Assembly: GCA_046724795.1 (NCBI GenBank)
Contig: JBKOXF010000102.1
Coordinates: 1-35,155 of the forward strand
Source of the DNA: Actinomycetota bacterium
GTDB taxonomy: Bacteria > Actinomycetota > UBA4738 > JACQTL01
Reading direction: 5' to 3'
Length of the DNA stretch: 35,155 nucleotides
The translations under genes and the position numbers were made by a program. This document shows, one piece after another, positions 14,995 through 24,699 of the stretch; position 1 is the stretch's first letter, and each line of letters begins with the position of its first letter. The notes under the pieces are model-generated. The model saw nothing but the letters and a program-made list of their open reading frames with translations. It did no database searches and had not been told where the DNA came from.

Positions 14995-16766
14995 GTGGGG
15001 CGTTTGGCCTGACGGAGCTGCAGCCCGAGCTCTCGCAGCTGCGTGTCGGGGACCTCGGCCGGTGCGCCGGTGAGGGGGTCGGTTCCAGTCTGCGTCTTGG
15101 GGAACGCGATGACCTCGCGGATATTGTCCTTCCCCGCGAGCATCATCACGATGCGATCCATTCCGAACGCGATCCCCCCGTGCGGCGGCACGCCGTACCG
15201 GAACGCCTGCAACAGGAACCCGAACTTCTCCTCAGCCTCTTCTTGCGTGAGGCCGAGCGCCTCGAACACCTCGCGCTGCACGTCGGTTCGGTGGATCCGG
15301 ATGCTCCCCCCGCCGAGCTCGACGCCGTTCAACACCAGGTCGTAGGCGCGAGCCCTCGCTGTCTCCGGCGCCAGGTCGTCGGTGGCCGGCGACGTGAACG
15401 GGTGATGCACGGACGACCATTTGCGTTCCTCTTCGGACCACTCGAACAAGGGCGGCTCGGTGATCCACACGAAGGACCACACGTCCTCCGGGATGAGGTT
15501 CATCTTCTCGGCCATGTGCCGCCGGAGCCCATCGAGCGCCACGGCCACGCGGTTCGGCTTGTCCGCCACGATGAGGACCAGGTCCCCGTCACCCGCGCCG
15601 GTGGTCGCGGCGACGGCACCCAGCTCGTCCGGGGAGATGTGCTGCGACACGGGCGTCCGGATGTCGGATCGGTCGAAGGCCATCCAGACCAGGCCAGACG
15701 CGCCGCGGCCCCTGGCTTCTTGCACCAGGTCGTCGAGATCCTTGCGGGAAAGCGATGCAGCCCCGGGCACGACGATGGCCTTGATCACGCCGCCGTCGGC
15801 GAGCACGTTCCCGAACACGCGGAAGGACGTGTTCGCGAACGCCGGTGACAGGTCGACGAGCTCCATGCCGTAGCGGAGGTCGGGCTTGTCGCTCCCATAG
15901 CGCTCCCCGGCCTCCGCGTAGGTGAGCCGCGGGATCGGGGTGGGGACCTCGACGCCGTTGGTCTCCCGAACGAGCTCCACGACGAGCGGCTCGATCGTCC
16001 CGATCACGTCCTCCTCCTGAACGAACGACATCTCCACGTCGAGCTGCGTAAACTCGGGCTGTCGGTCGGCGCGGAGGTCCTCGTCTCGGAAGCACCGCAC
16101 GATCTGGTAGTACCGGTCGAGGCCCGCCACCATGAGGATCTGCTTGAACAGCTGCGGCGATTGGGGCAGCGCGTAGAACTCTCCCGGCGAGAGCCGCGAT
16201 GGCACGAGGAAGTCGCGAGCTCCTTCCGGCGTTGAGCGCGTGAGCATCGGTGTTTCCACCTCGACGAACCCGCGGCCGGCGAAGTACCGCCGGATGATGT
16301 CGTTGACCTGCGCCCGGACCTGCATGACGCGGGCCACCTCGGGGCGGCGGAGGTCCAGGTAGCGATATTTCAGCCGGATGCCCTCGTCGATCTCGGCGCG
16401 GGCTTCGACCAGGAACGGCGGCGTCTCGGCCTCGGAGAGGACCTCCACGTCGATCGCCATCACCTCGATCTCGCCGGTCCCGAGCTCGGGATTGATCGTT
16501 CCTTCCGGCCGCGGGCCGACCCGGCCGCGCACGCGAACGACTGACTCGGTCTTCAGGCTCGACGCTTCCTCCAGTGCCTCCGCCGAGGTCTCCTTGTGGA
16601 ACACGACCTGCACGATGCCGTCGCGGTCCCGAAGATCCACGAACGTCACACCGCCCTGGTCGCGGCGGTGCGCGACCCAGCCACAGAGAACGACGTCGAT
16701 GCCGGCGTCGGAGGCGCGAAGTTCGCCGCACGTGTGCGTTCGAAGCGAGGTGGCCCTGTCGCTCAC
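14991..16766 (-). CDS. aspS: Aspartate--tRNA(Asp/Asn) ligase, probably non-discriminating
   Basis: LRTHTCGEL, RYLDLRR, TPEGARDF, LPQSPQLFKQ, CFRDEDLRADRQPEFTQLD and PPHGGIAFG motifs. His in WVAHRRD and Gly in RPEGTIN are the non-discriminating signatures. The GTG start at 16766 overlaps the hisS stop (GTGA) and has an AGGAG RBS. Confidence 0.97.
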   Translation of the reverse strand: MSDRATSLRTHTCGELRASDAGIDVVLCGWVAHRRDQGGVTFVDLRDRDGIVQVVFHKETSAEALEEASSLKTESVVRVRGRVGPRPEGTINPELGTGEIEVMAIDVEVLSEAETPPFLVEARAEIDEGIRLKYRYLDLRRPEVARVMQVRAQVNDIIRRYFAGRGFVEVETPMLTRSTPEGARDFLVPSRLSPGEFYALPQSPQLFKQILMVAGLDRYYQIVRCFRDEDLRADRQPEFTQLDVEMSFVQEEDVIGTIEPLVVELVRETNGVEVPTPIPRLTYAEAGERYGSDKPDLRYGMELVDLSPAFANTSFRVFGNVLADGGVIKAIVVPGAASLSRKDLDDLVQEARGRGASGLVWMAFDRSDIRTPVSQHISPDELGAVAATTGAGDGDLVLIVADKPNRVAVALDGLRRHMAEKMNLIPEDVWSFVWITEPPLFEWSEEERKWSSVHHPFTSPATDDLAPETARARAYDLVLNGVELGGGSIRIHRTDVQREVFEALGLTQEEAEEKFGFLLQAFRYGVPPHGGIAFGMDRIVMMLAGKDNIREVIAFPKTQTGTDPLTGAPAEVPDTQLRELGLQLRQAKRPT

Positions 16767-18025
16767 GAGGACTCCTGCCTCGAGAGCCACGCCGCGACGT
16801 CGGTGATCGGCACGGCATCCTCATGACCGTCCTCGAGGCGTCTCACCGTGACGCTCCCCGACTCGGCCTCTCGGTCGCCGAGGATGAGCGCGAACCGGGC
16901 GCCCGCGCGGTCGGCCATCTTCATCTGCGCGCCGAGCGGGCGTTCCTCGAACGCGGAGTCGGCCGAGACCCCCGCGCCGCGGATCGTTCGAAGGAGCTCT
17001 GCCGCCTTCTTCCGACCCTCGCCGAGCGACACCACGAAGCAGGTGACGCCGGGAGCCGGACGAGGCACACCCTCCTCCTGTGCTGCGAGGAGCAGGCGAT
17101 CCAACCCGAGGCCGAACCCCACCCCCGGGGTGTGCTTCCCGTCGAGGACCTCGGCGAGGCCGTCGTACCGTCCCCCGCCGCACACCGTCGACTGCTGTGG
17201 TCCGAGCATCTCCGAGACGAACTCGAACGCCGTGCGCGTGTAGTAGTCGAGCCCCCGGACGAGGGTCGGCGTCAGCTCGAACTTCAAGCCCTCCGCCTCG
17301 AGCCCGCGTTGCACGCCGTCGAAATGCTCGCGGCAGGGGTCGCAGAGGTGGTCGACGATCTTCGGTGCGTCCTCCGCCACGTCCCGGCATGCCGGGTCCT
17401 TGCAGTCGAGCACACGCAGAGGGTTCTCGCGGAACCGGTCGCGATGCTCGTCCCGCAAGCGCTCGCGCTGTCCCTCGAGGTACGAGATCAGCAGCTCGCG
17501 GTAGGCAGGGCGGCACACTTCATCGCCGATCGAGTTCAGCTGGAGCGCGTAGCGTTGCAGCCCCGCCCCACGAAGGAACACGTCCCCGAGCGCGATGACT
17601 TCCACGTCCGGCTCGGGTCCCGCCACGCCGATCACCTCGACCCCGAACACACGGAACTCGCGCAGGCGTCCCTTTTGCGGCCGGCCGTATCGCCACGCCT
17701 GGTTCACGTAGTACGCCTTGAACGGCGCGCCGAGCTCCTGCTGATGCGCGAGGTAGGCGCGAAGGACCGGCGCGGTTCCCTCCGGCCGAAGCGTGAGCGA
17801 GCGATCGCCGCGGTCGGTGAACGTGTACATCTCCTTGCTCACGATGTCACTGGTCTGCCCGGAGCTCCGCGCGAACAGCTCGGTTGCCTCGAACGCCGGC
17901 GTCTCGACGTACCGGTAGCCGTAGCGTTGAGCGAGTCGGTGCGCGCGGTCGAACAGCAGGGCCATGGCCTGCGACTCGGGCGGAAGCAGGTCCTCCGTTC
18001 CGCGTGGCGGCGTGAACTCCGTCAC
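16763..18025 (-). CDS. hisS: Histidine--tRNA ligase
   Basis: PRGTEDLLP, KEMYTF, LRPEGTA, RYGRPQKGRLREF, LVRGLDYY and GGGRYDGL motifs. The start was moved to the GTG at 18025 (GTGA overlap with the MBL gene). Confidence 0.97.
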   Translation of the reverse strand: MTEFTPPRGTEDLLPPESQAMALLFDRAHRLAQRYGYRYVETPAFEATELFARSSGQTSDIVSKEMYTFTDRGDRSLTLRPEGTAPVLRAYLAHQQELGAPFKAYYVNQAWRYGRPQKGRLREFRVFGVEVIGVAGPEPDVEVIALGDVFLRGAGLQRYALQLNSIGDEVCRPAYRELLISYLEGQRERLRDEHRDRFRENPLRVLDCKDPACRDVAEDAPKIVDHLCDPCREHFDGVQRGLEAEGLKFELTPTLVRGLDYYTRTAFEFVSEMLGPQQSTVCGGGRYDGLAEVLDGKHTPGVGFGLGLDRLLLAAQEEGVPRPAPGVTCFVVSLGEGRKKAAELLRTIRGAGVSADSAFEERPLGAQMKMADRAGARFALILGDREAESGSVTVRRLEDGHEDAVPITDVAAWLSRQESS

Positions 18026-18642
18026 AGCTCGAGGAGGAAGGGGTTGGTTCGGCGTTCCAGGCCCACGGTCGTGTCGGGCCCGTGTCCCGGATAGACGGGC
18101 AGCGGATCGTCGAGCTCGAGGAACCGGCGGAGGCTCCGCTCCATGTCGGCGCCGCTCGAGTTGGGGAAGTCGTAGCGGCCGATCGAGCCTCGAAACACCA
18201 GGTCCCCGGCGAACAACCACTGGTCGCCCGCTTTGAAGCACACGCTCCCGGGCGTGTGGCCCGGTGTGTGCAGGATCTCGAAGCGGAATCCCCCGAGGTC
18301 GAGCACGTCGCCGTCGGCCATCGTCCGGACGTCCTTTACCGGCGCGGGGGGTGTCGGGAAACCGGATCCCCACGACGTCGGGTCGGTCAGCGCGAGCTGG
18401 TCGGCCTCATGGATGTAGAACGGGATGTCGTCGCCGCAGAACGCGCCGGCCGAGCCGATGTGGTCGTAGTGCCCGTGCGTGGCCAGCACCGCGATCGGCG
18501 TCTTGCCGGCCCTGTCGAGCATGGCCCGGACCTGGTTCGGCTGGAACCCAGGATCGACGACCAGGGCCTCGTCGCTCCCTTCCGCCGCGATCAGCCAGCA
18601 GTTCGTGTCGAACGGGTTGTCGGAATGAACCTCGAGATACAT
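18022..18642 (-). CDS. MBL-fold metallo-hydrolase (glyoxalase II-like, YcbL family)
   Basis: THGHYDH, HTPGHTPG, FAGD, GSIGRYD and YPGHG motifs. It has the conserved position upstream of hisS. A TAGGAT -10 lies at 18652-18657. Confidence 0.92.
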   Translation of the reverse strand: MYLEVHSDNPFDTNCWLIAAEGSDEALVVDPGFQPNQVRAMLDRAGKTPIAVLATHGHYDHIGSAGAFCGDDIPFYIHEADQLALTDPTSWGSGFPTPPAPVKDVRTMADGDVLDLGGFRFEILHTPGHTPGSVCFKAGDQWLFAGDLVFRGSIGRYDFPNSSGADMERSLRRFLELDDPLPVYPGHGPDTTVGLERRTNPFLLEL

Positions 18643-18795
18643 TGACGCGACATCCTACCGGCCCCCACCGTGCGCTTCGCCTGACCTCGGGGTGTCCCGG
18701 TCCCTCAGCCCACGTCGCGTGACAAGTGCTCGATCGCCACGACGGCGGCCAGGCTCAAGGCACACCGCCCACGCAAGCTCCCCTCGTTGATGTCC

Positions 18796-19272
18796 TCAGC
18801 AGTGTGTGCCTCGCTGATACAGCAGGTCGAGGATCGCTTCGCGGAGGGTGGTCGGGGATCCGTTCGCAGAGCGCCACTGCACGGTGTAGACGTGACCGTC
18901 CACGCCCTCGAACGTCGAGGCCGGACCGACGAAGGTGAAGGAGAACCCCTTCGTCCCCGTTCCCGGGTCGAACTCGGTCTTCGCCGGGAAGAGTCTCGGG
19001 CCGTCCTCGTACAGCACCCGGAACCGGACCGGCGCGCCGGAGACGTTGGCCGAGAGCATGGCCGTGACTTGCCCTTGGGCGCAGATCAGCACGTCGGTCA
19101 GCTTGGGGACGTTCCGCCAGCTCGTGCTCGACGTGGTGATGTCCCTGCCACGGATGGCGTTCGTCTGCCGATCGAGGCGGGCCGACCTTCCGGACGTGAG
19201 CGCGAGCACCGTGAGCGGGATGGCCACGAGCGCGGCCACGAGAATGGCGACAACAGCTGCTTTCCTGAACAT
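18796..19272 (-). CDS. Secreted or membrane-anchored hypothetical beta-rich protein
   Basis: ATG at 19272 with an AAAGGGGG RBS. It has a signal-like N-terminus (MFRKAAVVAILVAALVAIPLTVLA), a beta-strand-rich mature part and two Cys. Confidence 0.7.
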   Translation of the reverse strand: MFRKAAVVAILVAALVAIPLTVLALTSGRSARLDRQTNAIRGRDITTSSTSWRNVPKLTDVLICAQGQVTAMLSANVSGAPVRFRVLYEDGPRLFPAKTEFDPGTGTKGFSFTFVGPASTFEGVDGHVYTVQWRSANGSPTTLREAILDLLYQRGTHC

Positions 19273-19342
19273 GGATCCCCCTTTGGTCCAAACCGTGTTC
19301 AAAAAGTATCCGATGCGAACTGCCGGACGTAAAGGAAGGTCG

Positions 19343-19789
19343 CTACAGAGTTGCCGCATCGAGGACGAGCGTCACCGGCCCGTCGTTCACCAGCTTCACC
19401 TCCATGTGCTCGCGGAAGGCGCCTCGGGCCACCGAGGCGCCGAGCGACGAGAGCGCGCGGGAGAAGGCCTCGACCCGTTGGCTCGCGATCTCGGGTGGCG
19501 CCGCGCCGATCCACGAGGGCCGGCGACCTTTTCGTACGTCGCCGTAGAGCGTGAATTGCGGCACCACCAGGATCTCCCCACCGATGTCGGCGAGCGACCG
19601 GTTCATCTTCCCCTCGTCGTCCTCGAAGACGCGTAGATGGACGATCTTCTCGGCGAGCCGGGCGTCACCCGCGGGGTCGTCGTCGACACCCACGCCCACC
19701 AGCAGGAGGAACCCCGGCCCGATCGACGCGACGGGTTCTTCGCGGACGGTGACCGAGGCTCGAGAGACGCGCTGGAGGACGACCCTCAA
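19343..19789 (-). CDS. dtd: D-aminoacyl-tRNA deacylase
   Basis: MRVVLQRVSRASV, LRVFEDDEGKMNRS, PQFTL, KGRRPS and NDGPVT motifs. The TTG start overlaps the rel stop (TTGA). Confidence 0.95.
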   Translation of the reverse strand: MRVVLQRVSRASVTVREEPVASIGPGFLLLVGVGVDDDPAGDARLAEKIVHLRVFEDDEGKMNRSLADIGGEILVVPQFTLYGDVRKGRRPSWIGAAPPEIASQRVEAFSRALSSLGASVARGAFREHMEVKLVNDGPVTLVLDAATL

Positions 19790-22026
19790 CGCGGGACGAC
19801 GCGGTACGCGTCGAACACACTGTCGACCTTCTTCACCGCTTGCAGGACCGACGACAGGTGCGTGATGTCGGCGAGCCCGAATACGAACCGCAGCTTGGTG
19901 ATCCGGTCGCCCCCCACCGCCGAGGACGCGGACAGGATGTTCACGTGGTGGTCCGACAGCACGGTGGCGACGTCTGACAGCAACCGTTTGCGGTCGAGCG
20001 CCTCCACCTGGATCGACACGACGAAGGACGTCGACCGGCCGGGCCGCCACGACACCTCGAGGATGCGCTCGGGTTCCCGGGCCAGGGCCTTCGCGTTCGG
20101 GCAGTCGGTCCGGTGTACCGAGACGCCTTGCCCGCGCGAGACGAACCCCATGATCTCGTCGCCCGGCACCGGCATGCAGCACTTCGCCAGCCGAACCCAC
20201 ACGTCGGTCGCCCCGGGCACCACGACGCCCTGCTGCGGCTCGCGCTTGATCTTGACGGGCCGTGAGAGCGGGACGTCCTCGTCGGCCTCCTCCGGTTCGC
20301 CGGAGATGCTCCGCGAGAGCCGGGCCACGATGGACTGCGGCGACACGTGCCCCTCTCCGATCGCCACGTACAGCGCGTCCAGCCCGGGGTACTTCAGCTC
20401 CGCGGCCAACTGCTCCATGGCCTCTTCGGTGGCGAGCCGCTTCAGCGGAAGGTGCTGCTTGCGCATGGCGGCCTTCATCAACTCGCGGCCGGTCTCGAGC
20501 GCGTCCTCGCGGCGCTCCCTGCTGAACCACTGCTTGATCTTGTTGCGGGCCCGGGGGCTCTTCACGATGTGCAGCCAGTCCCGAGACGGCCCCGCGTCCT
20601 GGGCCTTCGACGTGATCACTTCGACGGCGTCACCGGTCTGGAGCTGGTAGTCGAGGGGGACGAGCTTGCCGCCCACCTTCGCCCCGATGCAGCGGTGGCC
20701 CACCTCCGTGTGGATCGCGTACGCGAAGTCGATCGGGGTGGACCCGGCGGGGACGTCGACCACGTCGCCCTTCGGCGTGAATACGAAGACCCGGCCTTCG
20801 TACAGGTCGATGCGGAGCCCCTCCATGAACTCGCGGGGATCCGACATCTCCTTCTGCCACTCCAGCATCGCGGACAACCACGCCAGCTCGGCGGCGTCGG
20901 TCTTCTTGCGCGAGCCCTCCTTGTACCGCCAGTGCGCGGCGATCCCGTACTCCGCGGTGCGGTGCATCTGCTGCGTTCGGATCTGGATCTCGATCTGGCG
21001 ACCCTCCAGCGCGACCACCGTCGTGTGCAGCGACTGGTACATGTTGAACTTGGGGCTCGCGATGTAGTCCTTGAACCGCCCCGGAACCGGGGTCCACAGC
21101 GCGTGGATGGCGCCGAGCGCGCCGTAGCAATCGCGGATGGAATCGACGAGGACACGGATCCCGACGAGGTCGTAGATCTCGCTGAACTCCTTGCCCCGCA
21201 ACACCATCTTCTCGTACACGGAGTACAGGTGCTTGGGCCGTCCCTCGACGTCCGCCTTGAGCTTGGCCTCGCGCATGCGAGCGTCGACCATCTTCGAGAC
21301 CCGCTCGATGTACTCCTGCCGCTCCCCCTCGCGCTGTTCGACGAGCGCCCCGATCTCCTGGTAGCGCTTGGGGTACAGCGTGAGGAACGACAGGTCCTCG
21401 AGCTCCCACTTGATGCGGTCCACGCCGAGGCGGTTCGCGAGCGGCGCGTAGATCTCGAGCGTCTCCGTGGCCATGCGCCGCTGGCGGTCCGCCGGAAGCG
21501 CGTCCGCCGTTCGCATGTTGTGCAGGCGATCGGCCAGCTTGATGAGCAGGACCCGGATGTCCCGGGCCATGGCCACCATCATCTTCCGGACGTTCTCGGC
21601 CTGCTCCGCCTCGCGGCTCCGGAACGTGATCTTGTCGAGCTTGGTCAGCCCGTCGACGATCTGCGCCACACGCTCGCCGAATTCTTCCTGGATCTGATCG
21701 AGCGAGAACTCGGTGTCCTCCACGACGTCATGCAGCAGGGCCGCAACGATGGTGGTGGTGTCGAGGCCGAGATCGGCGAGGACCTCAGCGACGCCGAGCG
21801 GATGTTCGATGAAGTCGTCGCCGGAGAGCCGTTTCTGCCCTCGGTGCGAGACCTCGGCGAAGACGAACGCTCGCTGGACCTGTTTGAGGTCCGCCTTCGG
21901 GTTGTAGGACTTGATGGTTCGAAGCAGCGGCTCGACGCCGGCCGGGGCAGCTGAGGTCTCCTGCGGGCGGAGTCGCGACAGGATGCCACCCCGACGCTCC
22001 ACCTTGACCTGCTCCGCACCCTCCAC
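19786..22026 (-). CDS. rel: Bifunctional (p)ppGpp synthetase/hydrolase Rel (long RSH)
   Basis: Intact HD hydrolase (HPLGVA, LLHDVVED) and synthetase motifs RPKH, RFKDY and YQSLHT. TGS (DFAYAIHT), ZFD (KCC...HRTDC) and ACT domains follow. A TAGACT -10 lies 6 nt before the GTG. Confidence 0.97.
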   Translation of the reverse strand: MEGAEQVKVERRGGILSRLRPQETSAAPAGVEPLLRTIKSYNPKADLKQVQRAFVFAEVSHRGQKRLSGDDFIEHPLGVAEVLADLGLDTTTIVAALLHDVVEDTEFSLDQIQEEFGERVAQIVDGLTKLDKITFRSREAEQAENVRKMMVAMARDIRVLLIKLADRLHNMRTADALPADRQRRMATETLEIYAPLANRLGVDRIKWELEDLSFLTLYPKRYQEIGALVEQREGERQEYIERVSKMVDARMREAKLKADVEGRPKHLYSVYEKMVLRGKEFSEIYDLVGIRVLVDSIRDCYGALGAIHALWTPVPGRFKDYIASPKFNMYQSLHTTVVALEGRQIEIQIRTQQMHRTAEYGIAAHWRYKEGSRKKTDAAELAWLSAMLEWQKEMSDPREFMEGLRIDLYEGRVFVFTPKGDVVDVPAGSTPIDFAYAIHTEVGHRCIGAKVGGKLVPLDYQLQTGDAVEVITSKAQDAGPSRDWLHIVKSPRARNKIKQWFSRERREDALETGRELMKAAMRKQHLPLKRLATEEAMEQLAAELKYPGLDALYVAIGEGHVSPQSIVARLSRSISGEPEEADEDVPLSRPVKIKREPQQGVVVPGATDVWVRLAKCCMPVPGDEIMGFVSRGQGVSVHRTDCPNAKALAREPERILEVSWRPGRSTSFVVSIQVEALDRKRLLSDVATVLSDHHVNILSASSAVGGDRITKLRFVFGLADITHLSSVLQAVKKVDSVFDAYRVVPR

Positions 22027-22063
22027 GGATCAAGTCTACCGGGAGGGTCGAGCCCGCCCGAGT

Positions 22064-22348
22064 CTACTCGTCCGCGGTTTCCCCGGCCTTGTCGATCTCC
22101 TCTGCCTCCCGGGCCTGCTGTGAGAGGGCGTCGACCTCCTCGACGGCTCGGAACTCCTCGGGTATGGCATCCGGAATCAGGGCGTCGGAACCTCGTTCCC
22201 CGGGTGGAAGCTTCGAGAGCTTCGCGTTCGAGTAGGGCTTTCCCTCCTGCTCCGCGAACAGCTTGCCGAGCTCGTCGGCCTCGTCGTCGGAGAGCCCGGC
22301 CTCGAGACGCTTCCCGATGAGCTCCTCGATACGCTTTTCGTCGACCAT
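22064..22348 (-). CDS. Small acidic hypothetical protein
   Basis: A 94-aa ORF filling the apt-rel gap, with GC-biased third positions. A TAGATT -10 (built from the apt stop) lies 7 nt before the ATG. Confidence 0.65.
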   Translation of the reverse strand: MVDEKRIEELIGKRLEAGLSDDEADELGKLFAEQEGKPYSNAKLSKLPPGERGSDALIPDAIPEEFRAVEEVDALSQQAREAEEIDKAGETADE

Positions 22349-22358
22349 GGTGGGAAAT

Positions 22359-22880
22359 CTAGTACTTGATGATGGAGAAGAAGTCCAGGTCTCCGAGCTT
22401 CTCCCGCCCGTTCAGGAACGTCAGCTCGATGATGCAGGCGATTCCCACGACTTTCGCGCCCAGGCGTTCGACAAGCCTGGCCGTGGCCCGGGCCGTGCCA
22501 CCGGTGGCGAGCACGTCATCGACCACGAGCACTCGTTCCCCTGGAAGGAACGCGTCCTTGTGGATCTCGAGGGTCTCGGTCCCGTACTCGAGCTCGTAGC
22601 CCTCGGTTTCGGCCTCCCACGGAAGCTTGCCCGCCTTCCGAACGGGGACGAACCCGGCATTGAAGTGATACGCAACGGGCGCGGCCACGATGAAACCCCG
22701 GGCTTCGATGCCCACGACCTTGTCGACGTTCCCCCGGCCGAAGTGCACGACGATCGTGTCCACGACGGTGGAGAAGGCCACCGGGTTGGCCAGCAACGGC
22801 GTGATGTCCCGGAACACGACGCCCTGCTGGGGGAAATCGGGAACGTCTCGGATCAGCGACTTCAGACGCTCCGCGTCCAT
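22359..22880 (-). CDS. apt: Adenine phosphoribosyltransferase
   Basis: [37 protein letters not shown] and the PRPP motif [11 protein letters not shown]. Confidence 0.97.
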   Translation of the reverse strand: MDAERLKSLIRDVPDFPQQGVVFRDITPLLANPVAFSTVVDTIVVHFGRGNVDKVVGIEARGFIVAAPVAYHFNAGFVPVRKAGKLPWEAETEGYELEYGTETLEIHKDAFLPGERVLVVDDVLATGGTARATARLVERLGAKVVGIACIIELTFLNGREKLGDLDFFSIIKY

Positions 22881-22883
22881 GGC

Positions 22884-24692
22884 TCAGCGACGCCGCCGCT
22901 GAGCGGCGGTGGTCTTACGCCGTCGCTTGGGCACGGACTTGGTCCCACTCTCTCCGGCAGGACGAGGCCCACTGGGCGCGGTCGCCTGTGTCGCGGCGGG
23001 CGCGGGGATGGTGCCGCCGTCGCCGCCGTCCCCGGTCCGGACCGGCCGCAAGGTGGCGGTCGGCGCCGCTGCGCGCTGCATGGCCCGTGCCCGGATCTGC
23101 CGGTTCTTTGGCTCCCGCTCCTTCAACACGGCCAGGAGCGGTGATGCCACGAAGATGGACGAGTAGGTGCCCGACGCCACGCCGACGAACAGGGCGAACG
23201 CGAAATCCTTCAGCGTCTGCCCGCCGAACAACAGCAGCGACAGGATCGGGAGCAGCACGACCAGAGAGGTGTTCACCGACCGCATCAACACCTGGTTCAG
23301 CGAGGTATTGACCACGCCGGAGTAGGTGTCGCGGGACACGGCTGCGAGCGATTCCCCGGTGTTCTCCTTGACCTTGTCGAAGATGACGACGGTGTCGTAC
23401 AGCGAGTACCCGAGGATGGTCAAGATGGCGATGATCGTGGCGGGCGACACGGTCCGGCCCACCAGCGCGTAGATGCCGAACGTGATGATCAGGTCGTGCA
23501 GGAGCGCCACCTGCGCGGCCACCGCCATCTTCCACTCGAACCGGAAGGCGATGTAGACGGAAACGAGGATCAGGAACAGGATGAGGCCCCTGACGGCCTT
23601 GTCGGTGATCTGTGCGCCCCACGTGGGGCCGACGTCCTTCTCCGTGATGTTGACCGGGTTGGTCCCGGCCTGGGTGGCCAGCGCGTCCAGCAGTTGCTGC
23701 TGCTCCTTCCCGCTGACCTCCTTCACGTCGATCTGCGACGGATCGACCCCCGCCGTCTTCGCCACCGCGTCGATCACCGTTGATTCCGTCACGGTGGAGA
23801 GGTCGCTCATCTTGACCTCGTTCGTCGAGATGCCCTGCTGCTTGGCCAGCGCGGCGATGACGTCGTCTCGCCCCTTCACCGTCGGGGTGGGCGACGCGGC
23901 GGGCGTCGGGGACGCTGCGGGAGAGGCGCTGGGAGACGGAGAGGCCCTCGGGCCTTGTTTCTTCGTGGCCCCGGCCTTCGCCGCGCCCTTCCCGGAGGAC
24001 GCCGTCGGGGACGGTGCCGCGGACGCCGACGGGCTCGCCGATGGCGCGGGCGACGGCTTGGGCGGATGGACCGGGAGCGAGCCGAACCGCAAAACGACGG
24101 TCGGTCCGATCACGTCGATGCGCGTCCCGGGGTACCCCAGCTTCGCGAGCTCCGTCTGGAGATCGGCTGAGGTGAGGTTCTTCGAGTTCGGATAGGTCAG
24201 CGTGACCCCCGTCTGCTTCGCGGAAAGCGGATGCGTCTTGATGGTCGTTTCGGTGGGCGTGGAGGTGATGTCGGGATCGTCGAAGCCGTGCTCCGCGAGT
24301 GTGGTTTGGAGGTCCTCCACCGAAACGGCGGCCTTGTGGAGCGTGAGTTCCGTGGACGGCTGGCTGGCCAGGGTGGTGAGGGAGCTCGTCCGGACGGCTA
24401 CCTGGTTCCCGTTCACGATCTGCACCTGCGAGTCGGTGAACCCGAACTTCGAGAGCGTGTCCTCGATGTCGTTGACCGTGACCTCGCCGGTCGCGCAGTT
24501 GGGACAGGGATACGTCAGCAGTGAGCCGCCGCTGAAGTCGATGGAGAAGTTGAGGCCCCGAATGGCCAGCCCGAGGATCGACAACACGATGAAGAACCCC
24601 GAGAGGGCGAACCAAAACTTCGTCCGCCCGATGATGTTGACGTGCGGCACCTCGTGACCGCGGAACTTGGCCATCGCTCCCCGGAGCGTCAC
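22884..24692 (-). CDS. secF: Protein translocase subunit SecF with an enlarged extracytoplasmic domain
   Basis: LNFSIDFSGG, VGPTWG, FRFEWK, LLHD, ILGYSLYDTVVIFDKVKEN, RSVNTS and GTYSSIFVASP motifs. At 602 aa it is about twice the usual SecF length. Confidence 0.93.
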   Translation of the reverse strand: MTLRGAMAKFRGHEVPHVNIIGRTKFWFALSGFFIVLSILGLAIRGLNFSIDFSGGSLLTYPCPNCATGEVTVNDIEDTLSKFGFTDSQVQIVNGNQVAVRTSSLTTLASQPSTELTLHKAAVSVEDLQTTLAEHGFDDPDITSTPTETTIKTHPLSAKQTGVTLTYPNSKNLTSADLQTELAKLGYPGTRIDVIGPTVVLRFGSLPVHPPKPSPAPSASPSASAAPSPTASSGKGAAKAGATKKQGPRASPSPSASPAASPTPAASPTPTVKGRDDVIAALAKQQGISTNEVKMSDLSTVTESTVIDAVAKTAGVDPSQIDVKEVSGKEQQQLLDALATQAGTNPVNITEKDVGPTWGAQITDKAVRGLILFLILVSVYIAFRFEWKMAVAAQVALLHDLIITFGIYALVGRTVSPATIIAILTILGYSLYDTVVIFDKVKENTGESLAAVSRDTYSGVVNTSLNQVLMRSVNTSLVVLLPILSLLLFGGQTLKDFAFALFVGVASGTYSSIFVASPLLAVLKEREPKNRQIRARAMQRAAAPTATLRPVRTGDGGDGGTIPAPAATQATAPSGPRPAGESGTKSVPKRRRKTTAAQRRRR

Positions 24693-24699
24693 GGCGTCC

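Noticed and set aside
18643-18795. 153-bp intergenic gap as a possible ncRNA
   Set aside because: I could find no convincing long stem or known motif by eye. Only a -10 element for the MBL gene is supported.
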